Part shown: piece after piece, positions 1 through 14,362 of the stretch | Position numbering within the stretch: position 1 is the stretch's first letter | Layout: the number at the start of each line of letters is the position of its first letter | NCBI GenBank assembly: GCA_951406725.2 | Contig: OX597827.1 | Coordinates: 24,800,001-24,864,000, forward strand | Reading direction: 5' to 3' | Source: Octopus vulgaris | Lineage: Eukaryota | DNA: 64,000 bases | The notes under the pieces: generated by a model | Database searches by the model: none | Seen by the model: only the letters and a program-made list of their open reading frames with translations | What the model was told of the DNA's origin: nothing | Translations under genes and position numbers: made by a program

Positions 1-9
1 AAGGAAGCT

Positions 10-84
10 ACTGGTGCTTTCATCACTGGTGCTTTCATCACTGGTGCTTTCATCACTGGTGCTTTCATCACTGGTGCTTTCATT
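10..84. repeat. 15-bp tandem repeat (ACTGGTGCTTTCATC) x~5
   Basis: Near-identical units read directly from the sequence. Confidence 0.9.
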
Positions 85-387
85 ATGACTTCATTGCTTT
101 CAGGCTTAGCTTAAGGTATTTTCGCGCCCGACATCACAAAATGCGTCTGAATAAACATTGCCGGACAGCAAATAGAGACTCAGACATTGCTTAGAAAATA
201 TTTTTCATTTTTAACCTCGTATATAGTACGCGCTAGGGATTTTGACCTTAAATTTTGGGGGGAAAATGCGGGTTATACTCGAGGATTCCTTGGAAGGAAG
301 TAACGAATGTATGCGAAAACAAGGACGGGAAAAAAACGGAGAATGTTACACAAATATAAATAAGAGGACATAACAACAGGTGTCTTA

Positions 388-424
<37 letters not shown>

Positions 425-847
425 TCATGTGTGTGTATATATTTATATATATATATGTATTTATTTATGTATGTAGATATATATTTCCATTCATACGTGC
501 AGACAGTCATACCTAAATATATATATACACACATATATGTATATGTACACATGGTTACACATACACATACATACACACATACATAATTCATACAAACATA
601 CATATATACATACATACGTATGTACGTACGTATATACATGCATACATACATAATTCATACAAACATACATACATACGTACGTACATACATACATACAAAC
701 ATACAAACATACAAACATGCATACATCATACATACATACGTACGTACGTACATATATACATAATTCATACAAACATGCATACATATATAGACGCACAAAC
801 AGACGTACATATATTCCAATATAAGTTATATTCAACATACATACACA

Positions 848-1480
848 ATGAAGAGCCTTGACCTCCTTAGGACACTCTCAAGGGACATAGCGATGGAGTT
901 TAGCCAAGGCAACAGTTCCTACCTGGTTGTAAAGTGAGAAAAAATTTCGAAGCCAGTTGAACAACATCGTTACAATAGCTTGATTATTTCTCTGATAAAT
1001 GGCTACAGATACCCATCGATGGACAAAAATATCATTAACCGAGGTATTTTTCTTTTTGGATGATAAAAACACGGTCGTTTGAGCTGTTTATATACAATAA
1101 ACCAGTGACAGACAATGTGTTTAGTGTACCAGAACTCATGCCAACATTGAACTACGTGATTGAACAAGAGGCGAGATCCGCGCCATTGATGTTTAAACCT
1201 GAAAACTATTCGCCATCACCGGAAATTTCCTTATTAATAGTAACATCAACCGTGTCTCCTGAAAATCAAGGGAGAAGAAGTTTAACATGCAATCAAACGA
1301 TCTTTGAATGTCGCGTCGTATAATCCTTTCCATCGAGTTTTATCAATGACCAAGTGTTGCCCTGCCGACAAGAAACACGCCTTTGTACTGGACGCAAATG
1401 AGAGCAGAGCAAGCAGGGCCTCGAAAGGTATTCCTTAACCAAAGATTCAAAGCCTGAGAACAGAAGATCTCTACGACAAT
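848..1480 (+). pseudogene. Degraded R4/Dong-clade non-LTR retrotransposon fragment (RT C-terminal/thumb region)
   Basis: Translates LDLLRTLSRDIAMEFSQGNSSYLVVK*...YRY, then SFELFIYNK..NVFSVPELMP and ..QGRRSL..QTIFECRVV, resembling the FSxDIGMEFGxDKC / GGRGL motifs of RLE-type elements. Stops and frameshifts present. Preceded by (CATA)n. Confidence 0.65.
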
Positions 1481-1653
1481 GGAACATCAGGCCAAAAGCT
1501 TTCTATCGAAAGATTGCTTTTGTTGCTAGAAAAAACTTCTTTCGTTTTTGCATAGGAGTCAGTTCCAACGGCAGCAAGTCACACTCATTCATGTGCAAAG
1601 AGCTAATAGCACGCATGCGTACAAGCATTCCTCCTCCTTCCATCCATCTGCCA

Positions 1654-2205
1654 TGTATGTATGTACTTACGTACCTACGTATGTATGTATGTATGTATGT
1701 ATGTATGTATGTATGTATGTATGTATGTATGTATGTATGTATGTATGTATGTACGTACGTACATATGTATGTATGATTGTATGCATGCATATATGTATGC
1801 ATGTATGCATGCATGTTTGTATGTGTGTATGTATTTATGTGTGTATGTATGAATGTCTGATTGTATGCATGCATGTATGTATGCATGCATGTACGTATGT
1901 GTGTATGTATTTATGTGTATTTGTATGTATGTATTTACAATCTATCTATCTATCTCGCTAGCTAGCTATTTCTGCATACGTACATACATACAAACATACA
2001 TATACATACCCACATTCACACATACATACATACATACATACATACATACATACATACATACATACATACATACATACATACATACATACGTACGTGCATA
2101 CATACATACGTACATACATACATACATACATACATACATACATACATACATACATACATACATACATACATAGATGCATACATGCATACATGCATACATA
2201 CATAT
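1654..2205. repeat. Compound (TATG)n then (CATA)n microsatellite
   Basis: Direct inspection. Confidence 0.95.
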
Positions 2206-2734
2206 ATACAATGCAGCTATGGTTGTGTGGTTGAGAGGTTCGCCCCTCAGCCACATGTTTCTGAGTTGGGTCTCATCGCCCGAAATCTTGAACAGTTGTC
2301 TGCTTTCATTCGTTTCGGGCGACTAACACTTTGTGGGTAACATTTGGTGGATGGAACTCATGTTGTGACGCCATGTCTCTTCCACTACATCTGCTAACCA
2401 CAAAGCGTTGCGGTGCATCCATTCATGAAACAAGATTTGCTTACAGAAAGCAAACGACATTATAAAAGATGGACGGAATGTTTTTGACAGATACCCTCGG
2501 ATCTCCGTCTACAGAAAAAGCACAGTCCTTGTGCAACGAAACCTTCATGTGAGGCTATATTACACCGACATACGTTATTTTAGTCCTCACTGCAACGTAT
2601 ATAAGTTTGCAAACAAGACGTCATCACAAAATAGCTGATCATAAGAACATAACTGGAGATAAAAAAAAAGAGAAAAAGAACATAAAAAGAAGACAACGAG
2701 GTAAAAACAAAATTTAGCAAGAAGGGATTTTACT

Positions 2735-3455
2735 CACATTTAGGTCTGTTTTCCATCTGACAAGGCACTCCTTAACTCTTATGTCCAGACAAGTCACAGA
2801 GGAGTCTCCAGAAAACATGGCTCTTCTCGTTCTGGTAAACTACGAAAGAGATCTTTGAATTGATGCCAGTTAAGTCTCGACCTCTTTCGTTTTAGAAAAA
2901 GACAGTCAAAACCATTATCGACGTGGAAATATCTGGTATTTAGTTGTTTAGGGATTTTAATATGAGCGGCTAAGTCGAGTAGCCCGAATGCTGATATGGA
3001 TACTGGTGCAAAGGTGAGGTCATAAGTTCACTTCTCGTTTGCTGAGACCACCAAAGAGCATATTTCATTTATCTGGAAGTATACGTTCCCTTGTATGCAG
3101 AATAATCGTCATAATGGACATTGTAGGATATATTTTCGTCCAGCTCCAGACACCGATAGCATTCCTCATCGAATATCGGAAAAATGGTCAGGCCATTGAT
3201 ACAAATGTTGATAAACTGGTTTGTCGTTGTTCCTTGATTTTAAATCAGCCAGGAACATTTATCTTGGCCAAATTCCATCCCTACATCCCCTGAGTATGTC
3301 GTAATCAGGTCAAGGCTCTACTTCCTCATATCGTCCATATTTTTGCCAAATGCTTTCAGCTTCTCTACTTGTCTACAAACAAACACTGTGTCAGGTTGTG
3401 GTTAGTTTTTTTTTTATCGTCCTGTCAGCAAATCACACACCGTTCAGACTTCTTC
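2735..3455 (-). pseudogene. Second degraded R4/Dong-clade RT fragment, opposite orientation
   Basis: Minus strand reads DVGMEFGQDKCSWLI*..INGLTIFPIFDEECYRCLELDENISY and YFHVDNGFDCLFLKRK. Its 5' end abuts (TATG)n at 3470+, which is (CATA)n in element orientation. Confidence 0.7.
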
Positions 3456-3647
3456 AATGAATGGGAGCATGTATGTATTCGTATGTGTGTCTATATGTAT
3501 ATATATATATTCATGTATGTGTATGAATGAATGTATGTATGCATGTATGTACGTACGTACCTACGTATGTATGTATGTATGTATGTATGTATGTATGTAT
3601 GTATGTATGTATGTATGTATGTATGTATGTATGTATGTATGTATGTA

Positions 3648-3706
<59 letters not shown>

Positions 3707-3912
3707 GTGTCTATGAATGTATGTATGTATGTGTATGTGCGTGCGTCGGCCGCGTGTATGTATGCGTGTATGTATGGATGTATATTTCTATGTATATATG
3801 TATGTATATATATCTGTGTATGTATGTACGTATGTACGCATGTGTGTATGTATTTACGTCTGTATGTATGTATGTATATGTATGTATGAATGAATGTATC
3901 TACGTATGTATA

Positions 3913-3943
<31 letters not shown>

Positions 3944-4034
3944 GTATGTTATATATGTATGTATGTATGTGCTTGTGTATGTATGTATGTATGTATGTAT
4001 GTAAGTATGTATGTGTGTGAGAGAGTGTGTTTGT

Positions 4035-4265
4035 AGCGAAGACGAGTGTTTAGTGGTTACAGCATCCGGCTCAAGATTGTAAAGCTGTGAGTTCGCTACC
4101 TGATGTTGCATTGTGCCAAGGATCGTAAGGTCGTGAGTTCAAATCCCAGTGGTGCGTTTTGTCCTTGAGCGAGACACTTTATTTCACGTTACTCCAGTTG
4201 TACTTGTAATTCAAAGGGGGCCAATCCCATCACATTCTGTGTCACGCTGAATCTCCCCGAGCATT
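4035..4265 (+). mobile_element. tRNA-derived SINE, family C (diverged)
   Basis: TAGTGGTTA and GAGTTCAAATCC boxes followed by GTCCTTGAGCGAGACACTTTATTTCACG, shared with copies at 14363 and 34195. Confidence 0.7.
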
Positions 4266-5641
4266 CTGCACAACCATGAGAATTGAATCAAAAGAAGAGA
4301 GAAGAAAGTGGGAAAGAATGGGGAAATGGCAAAGGGAAGAAATAAGAATTAGGAATTAAAAAGGAGAATCAGGGACGATGAAAAGCCTTAACTGAAGTGG
4401 AAAGGAATGAAGTTGTGGTCTACGTTGCTAAATAGTCGAATGATCTCCCTTACAAGAAAGATAATGGAGTAACCTCCCTTTTCTTAGTTTCTCGAATCAT
4501 CTGTGTCATGAGACGTGATTCTTAATTATTCAACAAGCTTAGCGTTTCTCTTGGAAGTTTCTAGAATGTCCAGAGTTCCATTAATAAAAGCAGCTTGCTA
4601 ACCCAACTTTTCGCTTCTTAGTCGATTAGACTTAGAGCCATTCACGTCATTGCTATGTCCGTCTATTTCTCTATGCTACATGACTGAAAACCACCACTTA
4701 GTTGTTATTTCTATATTTTCTTTTTCTGAACTTCCTTGCATAGATTCCTTCATTCAACTAGATTCTACATTTTGATTCTATGTATCATCATCGACCAGTA
4801 AATAAAATATATTTTCATGTAGTAAATATATAACTCTTGAATTTATTCTTCATCCCATTATGAACTATTATGATAACATACACACAGCCACATCAATACC
4901 TTTTACGGTCTATATATTCCCATTACAAAGTTATTGCCGAACGATGTAGCTGTAGCTATTAGGAAAAGAATGAAAATTGTTAATCAAGAAAGAAAACAAG
5001 ATACGAACGAAGATGATGATAATCAGGGGCGGACCCAAAAGGGGTGCACTTCTCAAGAAGAGAAGTACACCCTTCTAATTAATGTTATGACACCCTTTTC
5101 TCTTGGAATTGTATTCCCTTGTGACCTTGTGCCCTCCCTTCAAAGAATTCCTGGGATCGTGTCTGATAGGCAAGAATGAGAAAACAAGCTAGAAGGAAAT
5201 AGAAGAATTTCCCTGGAATTAATCAAAGGATTAGGAAAGAAAAGACTGAGTGGGGAAAAGTTTATGGCTGACACTGTACCCGAAATGGGCTGATAGTTTA
5301 CGCTGCCCTATGTGACCTCACCTTTTACCGTCTTTCTAAGACTGTAATATGTAACTCGAGACATATTTGGCTGCTGTTTATATTAGATCAAGCGACCACA
5401 TGGACGATAGCTCGTTTAGTCGTGGATTTCTGTACATGTGTGTGTGTGTGTGTGTGTGTGTGCGTGCACAGCCAGAGTTGGCACATGTTGAAATGTAAAT
5501 ATTTTTTTCTCTTAGAATTTCAAATAAATTACGTATAAATAAAATAAGCTTAAAACAAGCAGAACCAAATAACAGCAAATCGCAAAATAGCGAAACATTT
5601 TTAGTGCCAGACTTTTCTCTGATAAACAGAAAAACGAAATC

Positions 5642-5642
<1 letters not shown>

Positions 5643-5725
<83 letters not shown>

Positions 5726-5951
5726 ATGTCTGTCTGTCTGTCTGTCTGCCTGCCTGCCTGCCTGCCTGCCTGTCTGTCTGCCTGTCTGCCTGTCAATCTA
5801 TCTATCTATATATCTATCTATCTATCTATCTGTCTGTCTGTCTGTCTGTCGGTTTGTCTGTCTGTCTGTCCAACTGACTGACTGTCTATCTGTCTACTCA
5901 CGCAACTCTCTCTCTCTCTCTCTTTGTCTCTATCTATCTATCTATCTATCT

Positions 5952-6022
<71 letters not shown>

Positions 6023-6055
6023 TAAATTAGAGATAAAATTATATTCTATTAAATT

Positions 6056-6115
<60 letters not shown>
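5643..6115. repeat. Compound (TATC)n/(TGTC)n/(TA)n microsatellite
   Basis: Direct inspection. Confidence 0.95.
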
Positions 6116-6118
<3 letters not shown>

Positions 6119-7054
6119 GGGAGAGAGAGAGGAAACAGAGAATTATAGACAGATAGGTCTCAGCTAAACGTATGTATATAATTACACATAAGCATAGAAT
6201 ATATGTAAAGAGATAAGATATATTTCCGATGTTATCAGAAGCTTAAATTCTTGGTTTTTCTTCAGTCTCTTTGTTGTTAACCCTCGTAAACCAATTGCTT
6301 TCTGGAACATTCTCTCTTTCCTTACACATCCTATTAAATTACACGAGACTCTAAACATCTTCTTAGATATTAGAGATATAACGCAGTGCCTTTCCGCCCC
6401 CACCCCACCCCCACCAGGTAGACATTAACCTATAGCTGAATTATCAATCTCACCAGTTAGGTTAAAGCATCAATCGCATCAATCACATTAGTCAATGAGT
6501 AATGTTTCTCGACCTTTTTTTCGTCCAATAACCCATTTCAACTTTCCTGAAGAACGTATGTCTTATCATTAACGGCCAATGTGTGTGTGTGTGTGAGTGT
6601 GTGTGTGTGTATGTGTGTGTGTGTGTGTTAAAATTTATTAAACTTTGAGAGAACGTGATATAATTTTGGGAGAAAACAGTGAATCTCGAAGCAGATAAGG
6701 CTATGAAAAACAGCGTGTAAATATTGGGTTAAGGAATCCCTTTTAGATAGAAAAATTCGAAGCAACTTTTGAATTTTGCAATATAAAATGTTTTTAAACG
6801 CTATATTTATAGCTTTATCTGTTTCGAGATCCACCGTTTCCAAAAGGGATACACACATACACATGTTAGCACATAGATGCAAAGTAAGGTAGAGAAATAG
6901 TACTCGAATACCAAAGGTAGAGCGAATTAATGTTTTGTTGCTGTTGGAAAGATCTCACAAACCGTTTCTCACAGTTTCACGTAAATCACCACCCGAAAAC
7001 TCCGAGTATACTCGCGACTCTGAAGTCTTATCGGCTTCTATAAAGTAACATCTT

Positions 7055-7300
7055 TTATCTTCAATCTTTTACTTGTTTCAGTCATTGGACAGCGGCCATG
7101 CTTGAACACTGTCTTGGAGGGGCTTTTAGTCGAACCAATCGACCTCATTGCATTTTTTAAAGTCTGGTACTTATCGTATCGGTCTCATTGGCAGAATCGC
7201 TAAGTTGCAGAGACGTAAACTAAAACCCGTTAACCGGAAGCTACAGTAGAAGATAAGACACTTGCCCAAGGTGCCACGCAGTGAGACTGAACTCGTAACC
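7055..7300 (-). mobile_element. SINE family A, internally deleted
   Basis: Reverse complement of the head and tail of the 19412-19870 copy. Confidence 0.75.
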
Positions 7301-7420
7301 GGAAAATTAATAACATAGAACAAAATTAAATGTGAAATACAACAAAAGTCCAAGATTGATATTATTAGGTTGGCGCTCAAAGAAAGAAAAGTGTTATAAA
7401 GTATAAGTTATATAGCGAAA

Positions 7421-7457
7421 GTACAACGTTTCGGATAGAGTGTCTTTCGTCAGATAC
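7421..7457 (-). ncRNA. Degenerate minimal hammerhead ribozyme motif
   Basis: Minus: gtat CTGACGA aagacactctatcc GAAA cg TT gtac. Stem I 4 bp and palindromic stem III present; stem II poorly paired. Confidence 0.35.
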
Positions 7458-7681
7458 AAAGAGAAAAGTCCAGCGAAGAAGAGAAAGGAGGAAAAGAAAT
7501 AAAAGAGGAGAGTCGGAAAAAAAAAACGTTGGCAACTGACATGTTATAAGCTTCATTGTAAGTTTTATTCGTTTATGATTTGCACCCCATTCTGAATTAA
7601 AAAGACTGATCTAGAAAGCTTTGAAGATGTTACGAACACTGCTTCCCTTCCTCTGACTAAATTTTGGGGTTTGATGCATTG

Positions 7682-7945
7682 CAGGGCCGACATTAAGAAG
7701 TGCGGAACCTATTGAGAGAAATGTCAGTAGGGCCTTCTATTCTACAAAAGTTGAAGATTGATGCTTTATGTTTCCTGTACTATGCCAGTCCTAGCCAAAA
7801 AACGCTGAGGGCTTGAGGTCCCACTATTAGCCACAGTTATATACTAAAACTCCTCATAGCATCCTTCACTCGTGCGTGTGCACAGGGCCTTCTATTGGCG
7901 TGGGGTCCAATTTGAACAAATCTAATTGGCTTAAAACCGGCCCTG
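7682..7945. mobile_element. hAT-like MITE
   Basis: Termini CAGGGCCG...CGGCCCTG; no clear TSD. Confidence 0.55.
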
Positions 7946-8857
7946 GATGTGAGTAATATCATATCATATAGATTTATGTTTTTTTTTTCTTTACAATGGT
8001 GTACATACCGTATATACATGTTGGAGGTGATATACATATCGTAAACAACGGTTGTAGATGATGTACATACAGTATTCACATGTTCTAGGTGACGACATGT
8101 ACGCCGTCTACATATTTATGATGTATCTGATATTATGATATCTATTTGTGTTGTAAGTGATATACATACGGTATATATTCCTATATAAGGGTGTTTGTTA
8201 TATTTTCGTTGCACCTTTTGGAGTACACATAATTGACTTTTCGCGAATACATTGTTTCTAGGGTTCAGTCCCACTGCGTGGCACTTGGGTAAGTTTCTTT
8301 TAATATAACCCCGAGCCAACCAAAGCCTTGTGAGTGGATTTATTAGACAGAAACTGAAAGAAGCCCGTCGTATGTCACCGTTTGCTTTTACTATTTTGTT
8401 CTTACTGTCCTGTTTTTGTTACCATTTTAACCCTCCGCAAAAAATCCCAAATTTTATTGAAATTTGATTTGTGGAAGGACTGTTTTAACGAAGTCGCGTC
8501 TTGTCCCTACGTTCGAAACGCGGAGTAGATAAAACAGGGGACAACTGATGAAAGGAATGTTCTTTATGTTGCCCGTCTCGTTTCTCTGTTTGTTTCTTTC
8601 GTTGTTCGAAAAAAAGTTCGTTTCCTATGTTTTTGTTTTTTATGTTCTAGTTTCTAATTTTGTCTACGTTTTTTTGATGTCCGCTACCCATATATGCATG
8701 TATATAAACATATACATGTATGTACATATGTATATGTATATATACATATATTTATATATTATATATATATATTTATATATTCACACACACACACACACAC
8801 AAACATACATTTTTATACACTGTGTGCGAGGAGAGAGAGAATGAGAGAGAAAGAGTG

Positions 8858-8889
<32 letters not shown>

Positions 8890-9396
8890 TGGTAGTTATG
8901 GAAATTAGACTTTTGATAGATTAAAAAAGTAATGAAATGAAAGTCTGATTGTGAAGTAAAACAGCAACAGCTGTTTGTAAGAATTTACGGTCCAAATCAG
9001 TGGGGTTAAGGCGCGTGTGTGTGTAAGCGCAGGTGTAGGGAAAGGCAGTTTTGGAAAATAGAAGTTAAAGGATTAAGAGAACAGCAGAAAATGGAGTTGC
9101 AGTGAATCTGTTGGTGAGATCAAAGAGGGTTGACTATCGATAGAATTTGAGAGCTGAGGTTGCAAAGTTCGAAATGTGTTCCGGAGAAAATGGTGTCGTT
9201 GGGTATTGAATATTTTTGGTTTAACACCCTTGAACCAATTAGTTCGAAAATTTCTTTAGACATATAGTCCATCACGTTAATTATGAAAAGTATTACTTTT
9301 GGGGGGTGACGGGGCGGAAAATTAATGATGTCACGTGACTTTAAAGAGTGAATTTATTATTTATTTATTTATTTTTTTTTTTACTTTCTGTTATTA

Positions 9397-9770
9397 GGCA
9401 TCGACGTAGCTGTGTGGTAAAAAGCTTGCTTCCCAACCACATGCTTCTGGGTTCAGTCCTACTGCGTGGCACCTTGATCAAATGTCTTCTACTATAGCCT
9501 GGGGGCCGTCCGAAGCCTTGTGAGTGGATTTGGTGGACGGAAACTGAAAGAAGCCCGTGTGCGTCTTTGTGTCTGTGTTTGTTCCTCGTCATCACTTGAC
9601 AACCGGTATTGGTGTATTTACGTCCCCGCAAAATTAGCGGTTCGTCAAAAGAGACCGATAGAATAAATATTTGGCTTAATAAATCAGTCATGGGGTCGAT
9701 TTGTTCGACTAAAACTCTTTAAGCTCCAGCATGATCGCATTGAAATAAAGGAATAAAGGAATGATAATTT
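9397..9770 (+). mobile_element. SINE family A
   Basis: Colinear with the 19412-19870 copy. Confidence 0.85.
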
Positions 9771-10030
9771 GGAAAAGCATTACTTTTTGTTTTTTGGGAG
9801 AAATTAAAGATAACGATGTCACGTGCCTTTAAAGATTGATTTTTTTAAAAAATTTCAGCCAATCAAAATCAACCATTTTCTACACGCTGGAAACCGAACT
9901 GCCACCTATTCGTTTGAAATGAAATAAATTTAAACCAACATAGAGAAGCAAGAAATTGAAAACCATCGCGAGGAACCGATTGGAGAATTTGAATTGTGTG
10001 TGCGTGTGCGTGCTTGCGTGTGTGTGTGTT

Positions 10031-10085
<55 letters not shown>

Positions 10086-10474
10086 TGTTTTGTGTTTGAG
10101 AGACGTACTGTATATAACGTGTATAAGGACTTGTGTATAAAGAACTCTCATGTATAAGGAACCTCCTAATTTTGGGGGTTTAAAATTTGGAAAAAAGGTT
10201 TTGTAATGGATAATAACACTATCCATATTTTTTTAACCTAATTTTTAATAAAGACATTAAAATACGGTAATTATTTTTGTGGATGAAGAGAATATTTAAA
10301 TCGTGGGATGCAAATTATTGGTGAGTTATTGTTAAGCATAAAACCAGGTTTCGAACCTAAGGACTGACAAGAATTGTGTACCAGACGATGGGTAGAGAAG
10401 TGGAGAGACAAATGTAACAAAATGTGGAGAGGAAATTTGAACATATTTTGATGTTTAGATCTGTGTAAGATGAT

Positions 10475-10630
10475 GACGAGTTGGCGGAAACGTTAGCACG
10501 CCGGGCGAAATGCTTAGCGGTATTTCGGCTGCCGCTACGTTCTGAGTTCAAGTTCCGCCGCGGTTGACTTTGCTTTACACCCTTTCGGGTTCGATAGAAT
10601 AAGCACCAGTTGCGTACTGGATCGACGTGA
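10475..10630 (+). mobile_element. SINE family B (Meta-domain-like core)
   Basis: tRNA-like head with GAGTTCAAGTTCC, followed by GGTTGACTTTGCTTTACACCCTTTCGGG core shared with 51727. Confidence 0.8.
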
Positions 10631-10819
10631 TTTAGATATGTGTATAGGATGAGGAAGATTTGTGGGGGAGTTTATGATTATGTGTACTAGTATCAGGAGG
10701 CACATGATTTTATTTCCTGTCCCAGAACGATTTCTAAACTGCCATTACTAGTTTCGAAATTCTTGATGTCCATATTCCGCAGAACTTGGCAACAGCAATT
10801 TGAATTTCTATACTATGAA

Positions 10820-11200
10820 CATTATTCTTTTCTACTCTAAGTACAAGGCCCGAAATTTTGGGGTACGCAACTGATACTTAATTTATCGACCCTGAAAGGA
10901 TGAAAAGCAAAGTCGACCCCAGCGGAACTTGGACTCAGAACGTAAAGAGAGACGAAATACCTATTTCTATTTCTTTACTACCCACAAGGGGCTAAACACA
11001 GAGAGGACAAACAAGGACAGACAAACGGATTGAGTCGATTACATGGAACCCAGTACGTAACTGGTACTTAATTTATCGAGTCCGAAAGGACGAAAGGCAA
11101 AGTCGACCTCGTCGGAACTTGAACTCACAACGTAACGGCAGACGAAATACCGCTAAGCATTTCGCCAGACGTGCTAACGTTTTTGCCAGCTCGCCGCCTT
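10820..11200 (-). mobile_element. SINE family B copies (two, tandem or nested)
   Basis: Two reverse-complement cores GAAAGGAYGAAARGCAAAGTCGACC at ~10895 and ~11085; head ends GCTCGCCGCCTT at ~11200. Confidence 0.85.
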
Positions 11201-12189
11201 ACAATGAGCAATATTATGACAAGTTTGTGTTGGGTAAATCACTTCATCACTGCTTCCTCAAGATTGCTTGTTTTGCTATTCTAATACGCTTCTTTGCAGT
11301 AAAAGATGACGATTTAGAACTTACATCAACATATTATTTCAAAGAAAATACAGTAAATTTATCCTCAGCTTTTCCTATATCAGAAACTGTGTTATTAATA
11401 TCGTTCTCTTCACAGACTCTCACCACCGAATCACGAAAATTTAACTTCCTTATAAGTTAAAACTTAAAGTACATGGATAGGATACCCTGCTCCTTTAAAT
11501 TATTACTTTCCGTTAAAGAAATAGAAACTGAATTTTGCTTATTCGCTGTAACATCAGCAAAACTTGCAGAACAGCACACGTTGTGTTGCACACAGCGGTT
11601 GTTATTACATTGTACAATAATAAATTGTACTGTTATGCTGAATCTACAAATCTGGTAAGTATTACTCAAAAATAACGATACAAACTTCGTTCTACTTCTA
11701 CTTAACTTAATCTTTGTTCCTCAGTCTGTATTATTCGACTTGAAGACAAATCACAGCTAGATTATATCGCACCAATAGAAGCATTACAAAGAAAGCCGGT
11801 TTCAGTTCAATTTTTAACAAATTTATATCTATATACAAAGCTCTCATCATGAAAATATAGTGTTTATTAGAAGGAAGTGTGAAATGAAATAAGAAAATGT
11901 TTAAGTAACAGGTTGAATATAGATAGAAAGAAGCAAGGAGAAGGAAAGGAATGAATTTCAATATTATTCGAATTAAGGAGCTGGTTAGGAAAGAGCATGG
12001 AGTACTAGAAAGAGAGGATATAATTTCAGTGATAGGCTTAAAACGAATAATAACCAAGTTATATATTAAAAATCGCTCGGCTTGGTGTTTTCAGAGTTAT
12101 CTCGGGAAAATTGCCACAATATCTCAAAGAAGAGAACAGAAAAAAATTGATCCTCGTTAGGATAATATGTGTGTTTATATGTATGTATA

Positions 12190-12590
12190 AAGGGCGGAGG
12201 AACTCTTGAGAGTCAACTGCCATCCAATAAATGTCTTAAGGCTGTATCATGCGCAGGGACATAGAAATAATCAGACTGAATACCCGATCGCGCGGTTAAA
12301 CCATTGGGAGTGAAGGACTCCTAGCCTTTGTTAGGGCATCCTTCGAAGAGAAGATAACTCAGGTAACTGGGATAACTCCGACAGAAAACCTGCGGCTCAG
12401 TGGTTAACGATGATGTTGACTTGTTCTTCTTTTCGGATTATGGCTGCTGTTGCTTAGTGAGTGGGATTGACTCAGTGCACAGCCTTTCCTCACTTTAAAA
12501 AAAATCTTCTTGCACAAGCATTGCACGATAACAACATTGATTAAGCTTCGTGCAATGGCCATACTCGATAACGAGGGGGCAGCCACCATG
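12190..12590. mobile_element. Unclassified ~400-bp non-coding element embedded in (TATG)n
   Basis: High-complexity block bounded by ATGTATGTAT on the left and long (TATG)n on the right; no ORF or TIR seen. Confidence 0.4.
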
Positions 12591-13346
12591 TGTGCATCTA
12601 TGTATGTATGTATGTATGTATGTATGTATGTATGTATGTATGTATGTATGTATGTATGTATGTTTGTATGTATGTATGTATGTATGTCTGTATGTATGTA
12701 TGTATGTATGTATGTATGTATGTATGTATGTATGTATGTGTGTGTTTGCATGAGTACTATGTATGCGTTTATGTACGCGTATAGTAATGCATACATGCTT
12801 GCAGTTATGAATGTCGTTATACATGCATGCGTGCGTCTCTGTGTGTCTGGACGCGCACACGTTTGCGCGCCGGTGTGTGTATCTTACATGTGTCATAACC
12901 CTCTACAGCAACTCAATCCAGCTTCTTTTATCATACGAATTCCCAAATAAACCTCATCCAACACAAAACGAGACGTCTTATCTTTACACATTAAAATAAA
13001 GACAACACGACTCTATAATATTCCTTATATAAATAACAATACGCAATCTCTCAGGATACCGTAATAGCAACCACGGCGCTTGTTATATTAACTTTTTAAT
13101 TTCTTAGGAGCTTTCGTCGTACCAAAGTATGAAGCGGTGAACAGCAGAAACCAGATTCTTCTGTTAGAGAAACCGTAGACCTCCAAGAATATAATATATT
13201 TGTGTTCCTCTTAACAATAACAATGGCCATTGCACTACATAGAGTCAATGATTTCAAATTAGCGTTTTGCCCGTTTATGACAAGTGTGCATAAATATTTA
13301 TATTACCATAGCTATTGTTGTTGTGGCTGTTGTAGTAATTATCCTC

Positions 13347-13388
<42 letters not shown>

Positions 13389-13596
13389 TGCTGTTGTTGT
13401 TGTTGTTGTTGTTAGTAATGGTTGTAGTTGTATGAAAAAAAATGATAAGATAAGCAAAACAATAAACAACCCCACCCTTCTCTCTGAAACGCTCGGACTG
13501 AGTTGTAATAATTGTGTTATGCGAGGGAAATGTTGATATTAGTTTTGTAATGGGAAGAATAAGTATTCATGTACTTATAAAACACACACACACACA

Positions 13597-13734
<138 letters not shown>

Positions 13735-13791
13735 CATACATACTCACACTCATATATATATATACACATATATACATACATATACATATAT

Positions 13792-13849
<58 letters not shown>

Positions 13850-14362
13850 ATATATGTATATATATATGTATGTATATGTCTGTGTGTCTGTGTGTCTGTG
13901 TGTGTGTGTGTGTGTGTACACACTCATGCACATACGTATATATACAGAAAGGGAAAGAGAGAGAGAAAGGAAAATGGGTGAAGGAAAGAGAAAGAGAGAA
14001 GGATAGAGAGGGAGAAGGAGATGAGAAGATGAATTAAAGATGTTTGCTTGAAAGCATCGTTTATTTGGGAAGAAAAGAAAGTAAGACGACCCGAAAATAG
14101 AATGGTATGTTGGTTTATTTGGCGAAACGACTCCCAATGTCTTTCACTTTCCTCTCCACTTCTTTCATGCTGTTTGCCATTCCCGCTAATAATCATCCCC
14201 CTCCCCGTTATTTTCTTTTGTCTCTCATTCGTCCATTACACCTCAATTTCGGTAATTAGCTTGCAACCGTTGGAGAGGGTTCCTATCTTGCAAAGTAAAC
14301 CAAGAAACAAAGAATCTGATTTCAGAGCTCCACAGCGTATGTATGGCTGTCAGTGTGTGAAA

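Noticed and set aside
10-84. Coding role for the 15-bp repeat (DESTS or MKAPV repeats on minus)
   Set aside because: No supporting ORF; one unit has a deletion; truncated by the window edge
8500-8620. CGAAA...CTGATGA arrangement (also ~22150-22200 on minus)
   Set aside because: Could not build three stems with a valid cleavage triplet
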